A stretch of DNA of 64,000 nucleotides from Octopus vulgaris (GCA_951406725.2 OX597826.1:78430001-78494000), one strand, 5' to 3'; positions 1 through 14,533 are shown, counted from the first letter of the stretch. Notes: generated from the letters alone by a model not told the origin. A program made the numbers and translations.

Positions 1-1874
1 GTACTGTTATTTCTTTTTCGTATTCTATTTTTGTGTTTAATATCGCTTTGTTTTATTACGATGTATCTTCCGTAAATCACGTACGTTAAGATTTAAATTT
101 ACTTTTAGATTGGAGTTCTCTGTGTAAAATGTTCCTGTAAAATGTGCATGTGGTATCGAAACGTATCTATTTATGTCTTTGCCGCTATGTTTCTAGGAAC
201 TATTTCGGCCGCCATTTTGTTTGGAGTTTTTAGGATATTTTTGCATTAAATTTCATACTACTAGTTTGGTGTTCGAGGTTAATGATATATTTACGATATT
301 TCTTCTCTACGCATTTATTTTTATTTTGCCATTATTTAGCTGTTTTATTTCCTCTTCCTTTTCGTTGGATCATTCTGTCTTTTTTTTCTTTTTAATGAGT
401 AACCACGATGTTTTGATAAGGATTTAGTTTTGAATGTTTTACATCCATTTCTAAACATTTGGAATTAATTTTGCGTCCGTAGATATCCTTTCGCTCAGAG
501 ACCCTACCTACTGCAATCGCCTTTAAAAAGAGGCTGTGGATTAGCAGAATTAGTTGAATGATTTACAGCAGGTAGTTACGTTCTGAGTTCGAATGCCACT
601 GATGCCATATTTGCTATTAATTCCTCTACGGTCGATGGAGTAGAAATATCAGTCAAGTGCTGTAATCGAGTAAGAATTTCTTTAATTCCTCTCACTGTGT
701 TAATGTTCGAAATGTTTAGACTTACTTTTCATGTGAAACACGTCGACAATTCGTAAACGAGTGAAACATTCGCACAGAGCCACCGTAAAGAGGGAAAAGG
801 CTAAATTGTTGCATAGGAAAGACAGGGAATGGAGTTTGATAATCTTAATGCTTTTCCTGATAGCAACAACAACTGAACAAATGAATTATTTTCCGTAAAG
901 AATTTATTTAAGTATGAACACAAGTTTCACTGAGCAGGAACTTCCATCTTGCTCTGGGAAGCCAGTAAAACGCAGTACACGTAAGATCGGTCGGGGGGGG
1001 GGGCTTTTCATTGTGTTTCTTTTTTTTAAGTTTTCACATTTAACACGACAGCATTTTGTAAATTCATCAACTTAGTCAAAATCATTAACCAGTGCTTATT
1101 TTATCGACCATAGACAGTGAGATAGGAAACAATACCAAGGCATGATGGGGGAGGTTTTTAACCTTACGAGACAAAAGTAAATAATGGGAAATACTTCGTC
1201 TGACGTTCTATCAATCCAGTTACAGGATGAAGACTATGCAATATCGAATCATTTAAAATCCGTTTTCTACATCATAACATACGCATTGTCGGGATATTTT
1301 TTTATATTTCTATTCCTTTATATTTCATCAGATTATTTCTGTTTTCTATGATTCACAGCGAAGCATTCTTTGTAGTTTTATTTATGTGTTTTTCAAGGGT
1401 AGTTTGCGTGTGCGTTTTGTTTTTTGTTTTTCAATTTTCTTACTTTCTTTTTGTAGTTTTCTCTCAAAAGACTTAAAAGATTTGATAGACTGTGATCTTA
1501 CTTCCATAGCTTGAGGTACACATCGTTGCAAGTTGCCCTTAATAAATAAATATATTTGTGATTATAAATGCATACAGATATGTGTATATATATATATATA
1601 TATATAAATATATATATATATACATATATATACATATATATATATATGTATATATATACTTATATATGTATATATACATATATACATAAATATATATATA
1701 ATATATATATATGACTGTGTGTGTGTGTATATGTATATATACCCATGCGTATGTGCGCGTGTATTTACGTACGTAGAAAGATACATACATGTGCGTGCTT
1801 ATATATATATGTATATATGTGCGTGTGTGTATATATGTGTTTGTGTAGTGCGTGTGTGTGTATGTCTGTTTATC

Positions 1875-1924
<50 letters not shown>

Positions 1925-2072
1925 CGTCGGTGTGTGAATGAGCAAAGAGAAGTGAAAATCCTTGAAAAAATGCGAAGAAAGAAAAGCGTTCAACACAATT
2001 AAACGAAACAATAAAATAACACCAGGAAATAAAACCAAATCTTGCGAACTGTGAAGTTTCACCTACAAATAA

Positions 2073-2114
<42 letters not shown>

Positions 2115-2531
2115 TCATGTATATGTCTATGTGTGTATATGTATGTATATATGCATGTGTATATATATATATTTGTGTATATGTATGTATATATGCGTGT
2201 GTGCATTAATACGCGTGTACTACACGGTTTTGTATATACATCAGCAAATACCTGTGTGTGTATGTGTGTGTGTGTGTATAGAGGGGGAATTTGAAATCCA
2301 TAGGAGAATCCATATATTGTTATATATTGCTGATACAGGGATATTACAATATCCCTGGATATTGCCGTAGATATCCGGATATACCTGGATATGAGGGAGA
2401 TGCATGCAAGAGGTAAATCATATTCATTCGTATCGAGTCATGGATACATAAAGCTCCCGATTTAAATATGTTAAAACCTGACACTTGAAAGTATGCATAC
2501 ATACACACACACATATATATATATATATATG

Positions 2532-2572
<41 letters not shown>

Positions 2573-2701
2573 GTGTGTGCGTGTGTGTGTATGTATATGT
2601 ATGTATGTATGTGTGTATATATATATGTGTGTGTGTGTGTATGTATGTGTGTATATGTATATATATATATATGTATGTATGTATGTGTGTGTATATATAT
2701 A

Positions 2702-2734
<33 letters not shown>

Positions 2735-2803
2735 GTATATGTATATATATATATGTGTGTGAGTGTGTGTGCGTGTTTGTGTGTATGTATGTGCATTTAT
2801 ATG

Positions 2804-2862
<59 letters not shown>

Positions 2863-3301
2863 ATATGTGTGTGTGTGTGTGTGCGTGCAGTTGTGTCTTA
2901 CCTTTTGTCTGAAAGAATGGCAAATGCAATTTATAGATCTCCCTCTTTCGCTTCCTCTCTCTCTCTCTCTCTTTCTCTCACTCTCTCACTTTCTCTGTGC
3001 ATGTGTGTGTTTGTGTGTATGCGTGTTTCCATGTGTGTGTATTCGTTGCCCATATTGGCTTTTTCTATTCCCTCTATAAATATGTGTATATAATCTCATC
3101 GTACATATATTTTATGAACTTTGTTATATACAACCTCTCTCTCTCCCTCTCTCCCTCTGTCACTTTCTGTGTTTCCTCTTCCCTATCTCTTTCCCATTTC
3201 TCTTTCTCTATGAAACTCACCCTTCTCTCTCTTGTTGTATATGTCCATACATACGTACATATATATATATATATACATCCCACTCCCTCTGTCTCTCTTC
3301 C

Positions 3302-3344
<43 letters not shown>

Positions 3345-4086
3345 CTTCCGTCTTCGCTCTTAGCAATGCATAGTTCCTGAATTCCATGAATCCAAAAGAT
3401 ATGCCACGAAGATTTCCATATATATCCCTTCACTGATATTTGTCAATCGATTCTCATGCTATGCGTACACCATTGTTAAACCGATTCAGATTCTACATCA
3501 CAGCCCCCTCGCCAACACTGCCCCCGTCGCCGCCGCCGCCGCCACTTCCACCACCGCCACCAGAAATGGTCAATGCAACATAATAGGTCTCTATTCCATG
3601 GAGTATTCTTAGAGAACGGTCGTCATATTAAGCTATACAACATCACTTTACTGTTGCATGCACAATTAAAAGAGGAAAGCGTAGACCGGAGATGTTGTTA
3701 CCTTGGAACACCGCCTCAGATGTCGAGATCGATATCATTACATTGGGTCGCTTCTCTTCCTCGCAGATCCGCATTAATAATATCCTACTGGATATATTTT
3801 AATATCTAACCGGTCTATGTTATACGATCATATCACATCCTCACAGATCCCCGCTAACGTTGCTATATTTGAATCATGACGCCCCCTCACGGCTTCACTT
3901 TATTGTCACTCTAACCTGGATCACATTGATTCTGTATTAATCCATCGACGTTAATTTCGATTGAATTTCCGCCCCTTAAATCCATGTTAATCTGCGGCAA
4001 TCCGCTTATGTGGCCCTTGAAAGAAACCCTAGGGAATCCACCTAGGGAAGAAAATCGACGATAATTATGATGAATCTTTTTTTTTG

Positions 4087-4598
4087 TCTTTTACTTGTTT
4101 CAGTCATTTGACTGCAGCCATGCTGGGGCACCGCCTTGAAGGGTTTTAGTTAAACAAATCGACGCTACGACGTATTTTTTGAAACCTAACACATTCTATC
4201 GGTTCTCTTTTGCCGAACCGCTTGGTTACGGAGACGTAAACACTCCAACAGCGGTTTTGAAGCAGAGGTAGAGGACAACCACAAACACTGGCGCACATAC
4301 ATGCATATATATAAATATAAATATAAATGTATATATATATATATATACATTTATATTTATATTTATATATATGCATGTATGTGCGCCATGTTTGTGGTTG
4401 TCCTCTCTCTCTATATATATATATATATACACGGCGGGTTTCTTTCAATTTCCGTCTATTAAATCCACTCACAAGGCTTTAGTCCACCCGAGGCTATAGT
4501 AGAAGACAATTACCCAAGGTGCCACGCAGTGGAACTGAACCTAGAACTATGTGGTTGAGAAGCAAGCTTCTTACCACACAGCCCCACCCCCTCTGCGC
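4087..4598 (-). mobile_element. Near full-length tRNA-derived SINE, family A (CORE-like octopus SINE) with internal (TA)n
   Basis: Reverse complement reads ggctgtgtggtaagaagcttgc...cactgcgtggcaccttgggtaattgtcttctactatagcc...agcatggctgcagtcaaatgactgaaacaagtaaaag. Aligns by eye to the copy at 14611-15000. The ccttgggcaagt-like motif resembles the CORE domain. Confidence 0.85.
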
Positions 4599-4689
4599 AT
4601 CATTTATATAATTTGCCTCATTATTAAAACGAACTGACATTTTGAATTCAGTGTGGTTTACGAGTTTATATTAACAGATACATCTTCCA

Positions 4690-5415
<726 letters not shown>

Positions 5416-6048
5416 CATTGTTCTGCTTCTACATTGATTGAGACATTATGTTCAAATTCAGCCATTTACAATTTCCTCCAATATGAAAATAAAAACGTAT
5501 CTCATCGTATAAAGATTTATTAAAGCGTTACCAATATGGCCTTCTTGTAGCAGAATAATATTGTAGATAATGACTGCAATTTCATTCTATAGATAAATCT
5601 GTTTAAAGAATTTACTAAACATTCTATTGCTTGAATACATTTTTGGTAATTCTAATCTTTGCCAATTGTAAGTGATTTCTTCAAGATAATTATTGAAACA
5701 AAAGATATTTAAATTTTTCGGTAACATTAGGAAAATTTAAGAAGAGAATTAAACCACATTGCTGATGATATTAAATGTTGTGAAGCCCTCAGTGCGTGAT
5801 AGTGAATAAGAATACAAATAGATTTGTGACTGGGTAGATGGACGGACGGAGGGACGGATGCGTGGATAGGAGGAGTGGTGTATTGTGGGATGGATAGACG
5901 GGGTGGGGGTTACATGATTGGGTGAATGGACAGATGAATAAATGGATGGAGAGACAGATAATTTAACAGGTAGACTCTTGATGAGGAGAGAGCTAAATGG
6001 GTGGTTAACTTTGTAGTTTGGTGTGTCTTGAAAATAGATTAACCGACT

Positions 6049-6163
6049 TCATGAATAACTTGGCTGCATTCTGAATTCGACACAATCCATCACAATCACC
6101 AGCATCACGATATAACCGAAGAATAAAGAGAGTTGTCGGAGAGCATCCGTTGGATAATTAACC
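6049..6163 (-). CDS. Candidate terminal exon of a putative minus-strand spliced transcript
   Basis: Pyrimidine tract plus ...tttcgatttag| acceptor. The phase-2 frame reads VNYPTDALRQLSLFFGYIVMLVIVMDCVEFRMQPSYS*. No homology recognised. Confidence 0.25.
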
Positions 6164-6849
6164 CTAAATCGAAATGAGTGTTAATTGAAAGAAAAAACAA
6201 AAGAATGGAGGAAAACGCAGATGGAAAAGAAAAGGAAAACAAAAACTTAAAACATCGAAAAAAAAAATCGCCATAAAAATTTTAAATTTAGAGGAAGTAA
6301 AAATAAAGCCGGGCATGCAAAAACAAGTAAAAAAGGAACCAAAAGTATTAATAAACCAAAATAAATTTGAAAATAAATACAAAACAAAATCTGTGTGAAG
6401 ACGATAGCTTTCACACAATTTCCAGAGTTCTTCTCACACGAGTCAATTAAATACAAAATCAACATAAATATTAAACTATTTAAACTTTTCAAGTATTGTA
6501 AAGTATAATAACAAAATAAAATTGGTTCTATGTAGTGTTTAGTATTTTTATTAGAGGGAAGGTTAATATTTATTTTGTTGGTGCTGCTGTTGTTGTTGTT
6601 GTTTATTGTTTATTGTTGCTTTTGTGTTGAATGTCTTCGTTTTGAGTCGTTTATTGGTTGGAATTATTCTTTGTTTGAAATATAATTTCTTTACTTTTCA
6701 TTGGCTTTATAAATATGGGAATATGAAAATATGAGAATATGAGAATGTTGGAATATGTTCGTTTGTTTGTGTTATTGTTGTTGTGTGTGTTTATATTTGA
6801 GGAGTGGCGTTGTTTGGTTTCGTTCTGTGGTGCGTGCGTGCGTGCGTGC

Positions 6850-6888
<39 letters not shown>

Positions 6889-6939
6889 ATCTTTTGTTTT
6901 TGTTTGATATTGTTATCGTTATGGTCATCATCGTCGTTC

Positions 6940-7095
6940 GATTTGTTGCCATCATCATCATCACTATCATCGCCATCGTCATCATCATCATCATCATCAT
7001 CATCGTTATCATCAATCTCATAAAATTTGTCTTCGTCATCATAAATCTAATCAAGGTTCATTGCCATCATAACAACGACCACCGCCACCACCACC

Positions 7096-7146
<51 letters not shown>

Positions 7147-7489
7147 GTCATCATCATCACCACCGCCATCATCATCATAATCATCATCATCATCATTATC
7201 ATCGTTGTCGTTATTTCCATTTTTAGATTTCGTTTTCCTTTGTTTTTCTCAATTTTCTTCAATATTTCGGCTTCAAATTCGTTTTAATTTTATTTTTATT
7301 GGCTTCAAAAATTTCTTCCTCCTCTTCATCTTCTCTTCCTCTTCATTTTCTTTTCTTTTCCTCTTTCTTCTATCGCTTTTTCATCATTGCCACCATTGCT
7401 GTCATCATCTTTATCCCCATCATTGTCATCTGTTTCATTTTCTTCATCCTCATCCTCATCATGATCGTCTGCGCTATCGTCATTATTAC

Positions 7490-7561
<72 letters not shown>

Positions 7562-7596
7562 CATCATCATCATCCTCATCCTCATCATCATCATCC

Positions 7597-7629
<33 letters not shown>

Positions 7630-7657
7630 CCATCATCATCACCATCATCATCACCAC

Positions 7658-7695
<38 letters not shown>

Positions 7696-7728
7696 CCACC
7701 ACCACCACCACCACCACCACCACCACCA

Positions 7729-7764
<36 letters not shown>

Positions 7765-7815
7765 GTCATCCTCACCACCATCATCATCACCATCATCATC
7801 ATCTTCACCACCACC

Positions 7816-7846
<31 letters not shown>

Positions 7847-7850
7847 CTAC
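6940..7850. repeat. Compound trinucleotide microsatellites (CAT)n/(CAC)n/(ATT)n
   Basis: Directly visible; source of the poly-H/I/S/D/M ORFs. Confidence 0.95.
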
Positions 7851-8106
7851 CACAGCTTCCAGTGCCCATGTTGCTACGCGTATTGTTGACTCAGTGTAGG
7901 CAGCTGCGGAAATTTCATGTTTGTCTTTTAAATATTCGTATTTCTAAATATTTTCTTGTGTGCCCCCCACCCCCACCGCTTGCAACAATGTTTGTGCGTT
8001 CCTGTCTCTGTCTACCGGTACATACATGCATACATACATACACATATGCATACATACATACATACATACACACATACATACATACACACATACCATACAC
8101 ACATAC

Positions 8107-8175
<69 letters not shown>

Positions 8176-8206
8176 CACACATACACTCGCGCAAACATAC
8201 ACACAC

Positions 8207-8308
<102 letters not shown>

Positions 8309-8394
8309 GCATGTGTTTATGCAAGCCACTGCATGAGCAGGAATTTGTGTATAAATGCAAGGACGTGTGTGTAAGAGAGAGAGAGAGAGAAGGA

Positions 8395-8442
<48 letters not shown>

Positions 8443-8782
8443 AGAAAGTAAGAAGGAAAGAGAGGAAAAAAGAAAGCGAGAGAGGGGGTTGTGCTTGTGG
8501 TCATTGACTGTGTTGTAAAATAACAGTCCTTGTTAAAATAACATTTCACACCGAATGCATAACAGAAATGTTCCTAGTCAAATGTATACAGGTGTGTACG
8601 CATGTATGCATGTGTGTGTGTGTGTATGTGTGTGTGTGAAATAGTGTATATTTGTGTGTGAGTGGCATTTTTTTGTTGGGGTGTTATTCATATGTGTATG
8701 CATGCATGTATACATATATATGTGTGTGTGTGTGTGTATGAGTACGAATGTATGTGCTTACGCATATCTAAAAGAATGGATG

Positions 8783-8878
<96 letters not shown>

Positions 8879-8933
8879 CATACATACATACATACATACA
8901 TACATAGATAGACAGACATACAGACAGACAGAC

Positions 8934-9006
<73 letters not shown>

Positions 9007-9044
9007 CACATATATGTGAATATGTGAATATATATATATGTATA

Positions 9045-9089
<45 letters not shown>

Positions 9090-9248
9090 GCACACACAAA
9101 TGCACACGTATCTCAATATAGCATATGTCTATATGTCTACATAAGTGTGTGAATATATGTGTATATGTGTATGTGTGTGCGTACGTGGCTCTTCCGAATG
9201 CGTGTATTATTTTGTTTGTGAATGTTTTTTTTTGTTTTTGCCTTTCAG

Positions 9249-9311
9249 ATTCTTCTAACGGTGTTTATTTGCTCTCTGGGAATTATGTATCGACGGCGAG
9301 AGCGCAATTAA
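9249..9311 (+). CDS. Candidate exon; phase-0 frame ILLTVFICSLGIMYRRRERN* (TM end plus basic tail)
   Basis: Strong acceptor ttttttttgtttttgcctttcag|. A second frame is also open (DSSNGVYLL...KVFH*), and no upstream partner exon was found in the window. Confidence 0.25.
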   Translation: MLLTVFICSLGIMYRRRERN

Positions 9312-10034
9312 GCAAAACCCTGCAATATTTCGTACGGGCTACACCAACAGAAATACAACACATACGCTTACAAAAAGTCTTTCACTGAGACGAATATACA
9401 TATGTGGTACACGTTGGCGGTCGGTCGCCGGTTGTTATGATAACTAAAAAGTGTAAACGTTCTAAACATCGGCATCTGTTCCAGAGATATTAAGTTTTTT
9501 CCTGATTAACTGTCTCTTTAGATGAAGTCCGGTCACCGTTTGCCCGACATATATGTATATATATATACGCGGCGCGATGTGTGTGTGTGTGCGTATGCGT
9601 GTATTTGTATGTATATATATATATATATGTATACCTGCATGTGTGTATATGTGTCTGTATATACATTTCGCTAGTCATAGCAATACTAATAACTTGGTGT
9701 AAGAACTTAATATATACATACGCTCCAGAGAAAGGTGTTTGTCAGGGAATAAGAAATTATGTAAGAAACTTAATATGTGTGTATAATATGTGTATATATA
9801 TATATATATGAAAGAAATTTTAGAGAAAACCACCATTTAAGTTTCTTACTTGCTAAAAATAGCAGTCAAATGGTGAAACTCATGAAATTTTCATTCATTG
9901 AAATGTCTTGCACGCGTACACACAACGTGCTTCACTGTAAGAATATTTTTTCGTGTTTTGAGGTTTTGACTGCCATTTTTAGCATGTAAGAGATCCATAT
10001 GGTGATTTTCCCTCCCTGTATGTTTCACACACTA

Positions 10035-10072
<38 letters not shown>

Positions 10073-10129
10073 TTGCTCCATGGTGGTTCTTCTCTAAGTT
10101 ATATATACATATATATATATGTATGTATG

Positions 10130-10354
10130 TGTGTGTATATGTTTGTGTGTCTGTGTTTGTAGCCCCCAACATCGCTTGACAACCATATGCTGGTGTGCTT
10201 ACGTCCCCGTAACTTAGTGGTTCGGCACAAGGGTCCGATAGAATAAGTACTAAGGCTTACAAAGAATTAGTCTTGGTGGCGATTTGCTCGACTAAAGGCG
10301 GTGCTCCAGCATGGCCGCAGTCAAATGACTGAAACAAGTAAAAGAGTAAAAGAG
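10130..10354 (+). mobile_element. Family A SINE 3' half
   Basis: tgtctgtgtttgt...acgtccccgtaacttagtggttcggc...agcatggccgcagtcaaatgactgaaacaagtaaaagag. Confidence 0.85.
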
Positions 10355-10821
10355 CATATATATACACACATCCACATCGCATCCCTGTCTTCCGGGTGGG
10401 TCAGGATGTCAGTACCCGCCTACACGAAATATTAATTACCAATTCCTGTCCCTTTGAATAATGCCAATTTTGTTCATGTGATTCAGTGTAGAATGCTTAC
10501 AACGTCTAACATTTTGACGTTACATAATCACTGCCATCTCCTGTCTTTATCTATATATATATATATATAATAATAAATATTAGGGAATAAATCCAAATTT
10601 ACAGGGAAAAAATCAGATTTAGGATTAAATCCAATTTTATAGTCTTCATGGACTTCCAATAAGTCAGTTTCAAATTATAAGTCCACCTGAAGATTGTCGA
10701 TATATATATATTATTTTATGTATTGTATAAAATATGGTTTTGTCTCTAGAGAGAGAGAGAAAGAGAACGAGATAGATATATATACATATATAAGCATGCA
10801 TATATATATGTATATGTGTAG

Positions 10822-10853
<32 letters not shown>

Positions 10854-10975
10854 TTATATACATATATTATACATATATATATACATACATAATACATATG
10901 TATATATATATATACACATATATATATACATATATATACACACACATATATATATGCATATATATATATACATAC

Positions 10976-11033
<58 letters not shown>

Positions 11034-11602
11034 TATATATATGCATATATATATATACATACATGATATATATATATATATACACACGACGTACTGTTGT
11101 CCCATATGTGTATTAAATGACGTGTACGTAGCGGCAGCTCTGTAATGCATTAAATATTGTGACATAAAGACAGAATAATTCCTGCTTTTTTCTTTTCCCA
11201 ACTGGGAGTTCGCATATCGACAGACTTAAACAATCCAGATCTTTGAAAATACTAATTTTTGTCTGCTGTCTTTTTATGTGTTCATGTATGTATGTGCTCA
11301 TGTGAAATGCTATGTAGAGATGTTTGTGCATCTGTGTGTGTATGTATGTATGTGAGTGTGTGTGTGTGTATTTAAACGCGTATGCAGCTGTGTAATTGCT
11401 TGTGTATACTTCTATTTGTCCTTCTGTGTGTGTGTGTAAGCTTGTGCATCTGTGTATCTATGTGTATGTATGTAAGCGTGTATTTATGTGTCTGTCAATG
11501 TGTCTGAGTGATTGTGTGTGTGCGTGTGTGTGTATGTTTGTGTGAGCGTATGTGACACTGTTATACCTTCAGGCATAAACGTGTTTTTCTAAGTGTCTGA
11601 TT

Positions 11603-11682
11603 CTGTGAGTCTATGTACCTGTGAGTCTATGTATCTGTGAGTCTATGTATCTGTGAGTCTATGTATATGTGAGTCTATGTAT
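11603..11682. repeat. 16-bp minisatellite, 5 copies
   Basis: (ctgtgagtctatgtat) x5 with single substitutions. Confidence 0.9.
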
Positions 11683-11861
11683 TTACCTGTTTGTGATTCC
11701 ATATGTGTTTACGCATGTGTCCGCGTACCTGTCCGTCTGTTTTATAACGATCTATGAACACCAGCTAAATCACCCTCAAATTACAGCCTATCGTGTTAGA
11801 AAACGAAGGACATGTCGAATAATGAAGTACTCAATATACTATGTCTGAGTAAAAGATCGAA

Positions 11862-12147
11862 TCCTAGTGGTTAGTGCAGCGGACTTGCGGTCGAGGGATC
11901 GCGGGTTCGAATCTTAGACCGGGTGATGTGTGTGTTTATGTGCGAAACACCTAAGCTCCACGCGGCTCCGACAGAAGGTAATGGCGAACTTCTGCTGACT
12001 CTTTCGCCACAAACTTTCTCTCACTCTCTCCTCCAGCATCTTGCAGCTCACCTGCGACGGACCGGCGTCTCGTCCAAGTGGGGAACCTATACGCCAATGA
12101 AACCGGGAAACGGCCCTTATGAGCCAGGCAAGGCTCGAGAAGGAACG
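11862..12147 (+). mobile_element. tRNA-derived SINE, family C (V-SINE-like central domain)
   Basis: Pol III A box (cctagtggttag) and B box (ggttcgaatc). cctgcgacggaccggcgtctcgtccaag resembles the V domain. Homologous to 29688-29992. Confidence 0.8.
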
Positions 12148-12295
12148 AAAAAGATCGAATAGGTGAGGACTGCGGTGTCTTTCATCTCAACTACCAAACA
12201 TTACCCAAATCGCTTCCTTCTGTCTTGAAGAACTGAAGAACACATTGCGCAAATGCAATCCTAGTTATTCTTTAAGTAAATACCGCCTCTAATGC

Positions 12296-12345
12296 TGTGG
12301 TCTCCAACCTTTCTTCGTGAAGGACAATTTTTCCACGGAACAGGG
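12296..12345 (+). mobile_element. hAT-Charlie (MER1-like) terminal fragment
   Basis: ctgtggtctccaacctt...gaaggacaatttttccacgga resembles the remembered Charlie/MER1 left end (CAGCGGTCCCCAACCTTTTT...GAAGACAATTTTTCCACGGA). The right end was not found. Confidence 0.45.
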
Positions 12346-12736
12346 GTTCACATGCATGAAAAAGTCACAATAAATTGCATAAAATATCATTTCGTTATCG
12401 AATCTATATATATCATACGTATGATGACGATCGTTTCTCGAAGAAGACCAAGTCTGTAGCTTCTTGCTGATCGACCTGCATAAACGATTTTTCATTTTGA
12501 TCAAATGTTTGTGTTGCACCTTAATTAGTTCAATGCCTTCATCAAATCGACGTCGCCTGAATACGTGCATTGAGGGCCAAACGTATTGAAATGATTGCAA
12601 AGCAAGGTGAGATGCAGTGTTTTTCCTCAAGAATACAACTCGTCTCTCGAACCAGAACGATCTTGCTACCGTGAATTTATCACCCAAAACCACTAGGCTA
12701 TGCGCCGCCCTCACATAGTACATATATATTTATTAA

Positions 12737-12950
12737 TTTATTGCCCACAGAGAGCTAAACATAGAGGGGACAAACAAGGACAGACAAATGGATTAAGTCG
12801 ACCCCAGTGCAGAATTGGTATTTATTTAAACGACCCCGAAAGACTGAAAAGCGAAGGCAACTTCGGCTGAATTTGAACTCAGAAAGCATAACGGTAGACG
12901 AAATACCGGTAAGCGTTTCGCCCGGTGTGCTAACGATTCTGCCAGCTCGC
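12737..12950 (-). mobile_element. Family B SINE (MetaSINE-like)
   Basis: Reverse complement: gcgagctggcagaatcgttagcacaccgggcgaaacgc...ttctgagttcaaattcagccgaagttgcc...cggggtcg...tttgtctgtccttgtttgtccccctct. Confidence 0.8.
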
Positions 12951-12984
12951 TGTACATATATATTACGTATCAAATAAGTATATA

Positions 12985-13105
12985 ATCCACTCATTAAACC
13001 GGCCCGAGGTTGTAGTAGAAGACACTTACTCAAGGTGTCACCCATTGGGACTGAACTCTGGCCATATGGTTGGGAAGCAAACATCTTACCACCAAGCCAC
13101 GCATG
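12985..13105 (-). mobile_element. Family A SINE 5' fragment
   Basis: atccactca...ggcccgaggttgtagtagaagacacttactcaaggtg...ggttgggaagcaaacatcttaccacc. Confidence 0.7.
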
Positions 13106-13135
13106 CAGTTTCTCACATTTCCGCTGGAAAACCTT

Positions 13136-13495
13136 TTAATGCATCATACTAATATTTCTGTTGTATTTCCCACCTTCAACATTAATCCGGCATTTTAATG
13201 TTTCCATCATCTCCACTACTATCAACTTTAATCCGGCATTTTACTATTTCTATAATCTCAATTTCCATGCATCTTAATCCGGCTCTTTATAGTTTCTATG
13301 ATCTTCACTCCTTCCCCGTTTAATCCACCATTCTATTCTTCTTACTATCTTCCTTACAAGCCCTTTATTTCGAAACTCTGTCGCTTCTATCAGCTCTGCT
13401 AACTCCCATTCTAATTCTATTTCAGTTATATTGGCTACTGTACCTTTTAATCCGGCACTTTGCTGTTTCATCATCGATCCTTCCGTTCTTTAAAT
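13136..13495. repeat. Old degenerate ~46-bp minisatellite with conserved TTAATCCGGC core
   Basis: ttaatccggc/ttaatcc occurs at ~13183, 13229, 13275, 13320 and 13447; the intervening sequence is weakly alignable. Confidence 0.7.
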
Positions 13496-13690
13496 CTTTA
13501 TGCAATAAAAATGTTTTAACAAAAATTCTATATTATTTACCAATATCGTTTCATTAGTATTTCGAAAAGAATACAAAACGGAAAAAAAACATCGTCTTTT
13601 ATTTAAAATGTTAGAACCAATTATTTCGTACCAGCATTTTTTATATGATCTTAGTAAATCGAAAGAAGAGAATGATCTGCGCTTATGTGT

Positions 13691-13724
<34 letters not shown>

Positions 13725-13848
13725 GTGTGTGTGTGTGTGTGTTTGTGTGTATGTGTGTGTGTGTGTGTGTGTAATATATACATTATTACATAAAGCACAG
13801 AACATCTCATTTATACACACATACATAAATACATATATATACATATGC

Positions 13849-13895
<47 letters not shown>

Positions 13896-13918
13896 TTGTG
13901 CATACTTTTATACACATA

Positions 13919-14302
13919 CTAGCAGTATCGCCCGGCGTTGCTCAGGTTTGTAAGGGAAATAACTATACAGCATTTTTAGAGAGTTATAGCCAAAAATAGC
14001 AAAAAAATGGAAAAAAATGATGGTAAATTTTTATTTGAGATTTAAAAAAGGTGGAGTTGCGTCCCCTAGACAGTTTGTGGTTCGTGTTTCTGATTCTCGA
14101 CCCCATGTCGAATTTATCGATTTTTTTCAGAACTGGGGGAACTTTTCAAAATTTTCGCTGCGTTAGTTTTGAATTATGACATTGGGCTATGTGTGTATCA
14201 AGTTTCATTAGAATCGGTTGAAAGCCGTGGTCAGGGTGAGGGTACAAGCAAACAGACACACAGAAACACGCACAGACAAACTGCCGTTTATATAGAGAGA
14301 GA
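13919..14302 (-). mobile_element. Non-autonomous Helitron
   Basis: Minus strand starts TC(TCTCTCTATATAAA) and ends ...cctgagcaacgccgggcgatactgCTAG with a subterminal GC hairpin. It sits between A and T with no TSD. Confidence 0.8.
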
Positions 14303-14385
14303 TATAAGCGAATATGTAGGTATGTATGTGTGTGTGTGTGCATATATGTATATATATATAACAAACCGCAGATGCAGCACAAATT

Positions 14386-14436
14386 TTTGTCAGTGAACAG
14401 GTCGCGGTCTTAAAGCGACGAAAATACTTTGACAAA
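14386..14436 (+). ncRNA. Minimal type I hammerhead-ribozyme-like fold, G3-C8 variant, probably in a Penelope pseudo-LTR fragment
   Basis: Stem I UUUGUCA/UGACAAA; core GUGAACA plus one extra G; stem II GUCGC/GCGAC; GAAA; loop AUAC; UU cleavage site. Confidence 0.5.
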
Positions 14437-14533
14437 TTAAACTTAAATGTTGACGTGAATCGAACGGCTTTTGTGTGTTTCTTAAATGGCTGACAAACAC
14501 CTTCCACGCTGCAATTGTTTTCGTACATCTCCG

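Noticed and set aside
205-220. YY1-like gccgccattttg promoter motif
   Set aside because: Single short motif, with no other promoter or gene evidence.
11862-11925. tRNA-like sequence with A and B boxes (also 29915-29992)
   Set aside because: It is the head of a SINE, followed by the SINE body; the second copy has a TSD.
13136-13495. CRISPR-like repeat/spacer appearance
   Set aside because: The conserved core is only ~10 nt, the spacers are related to each other, there are no cas genes and the context is eukaryotic.
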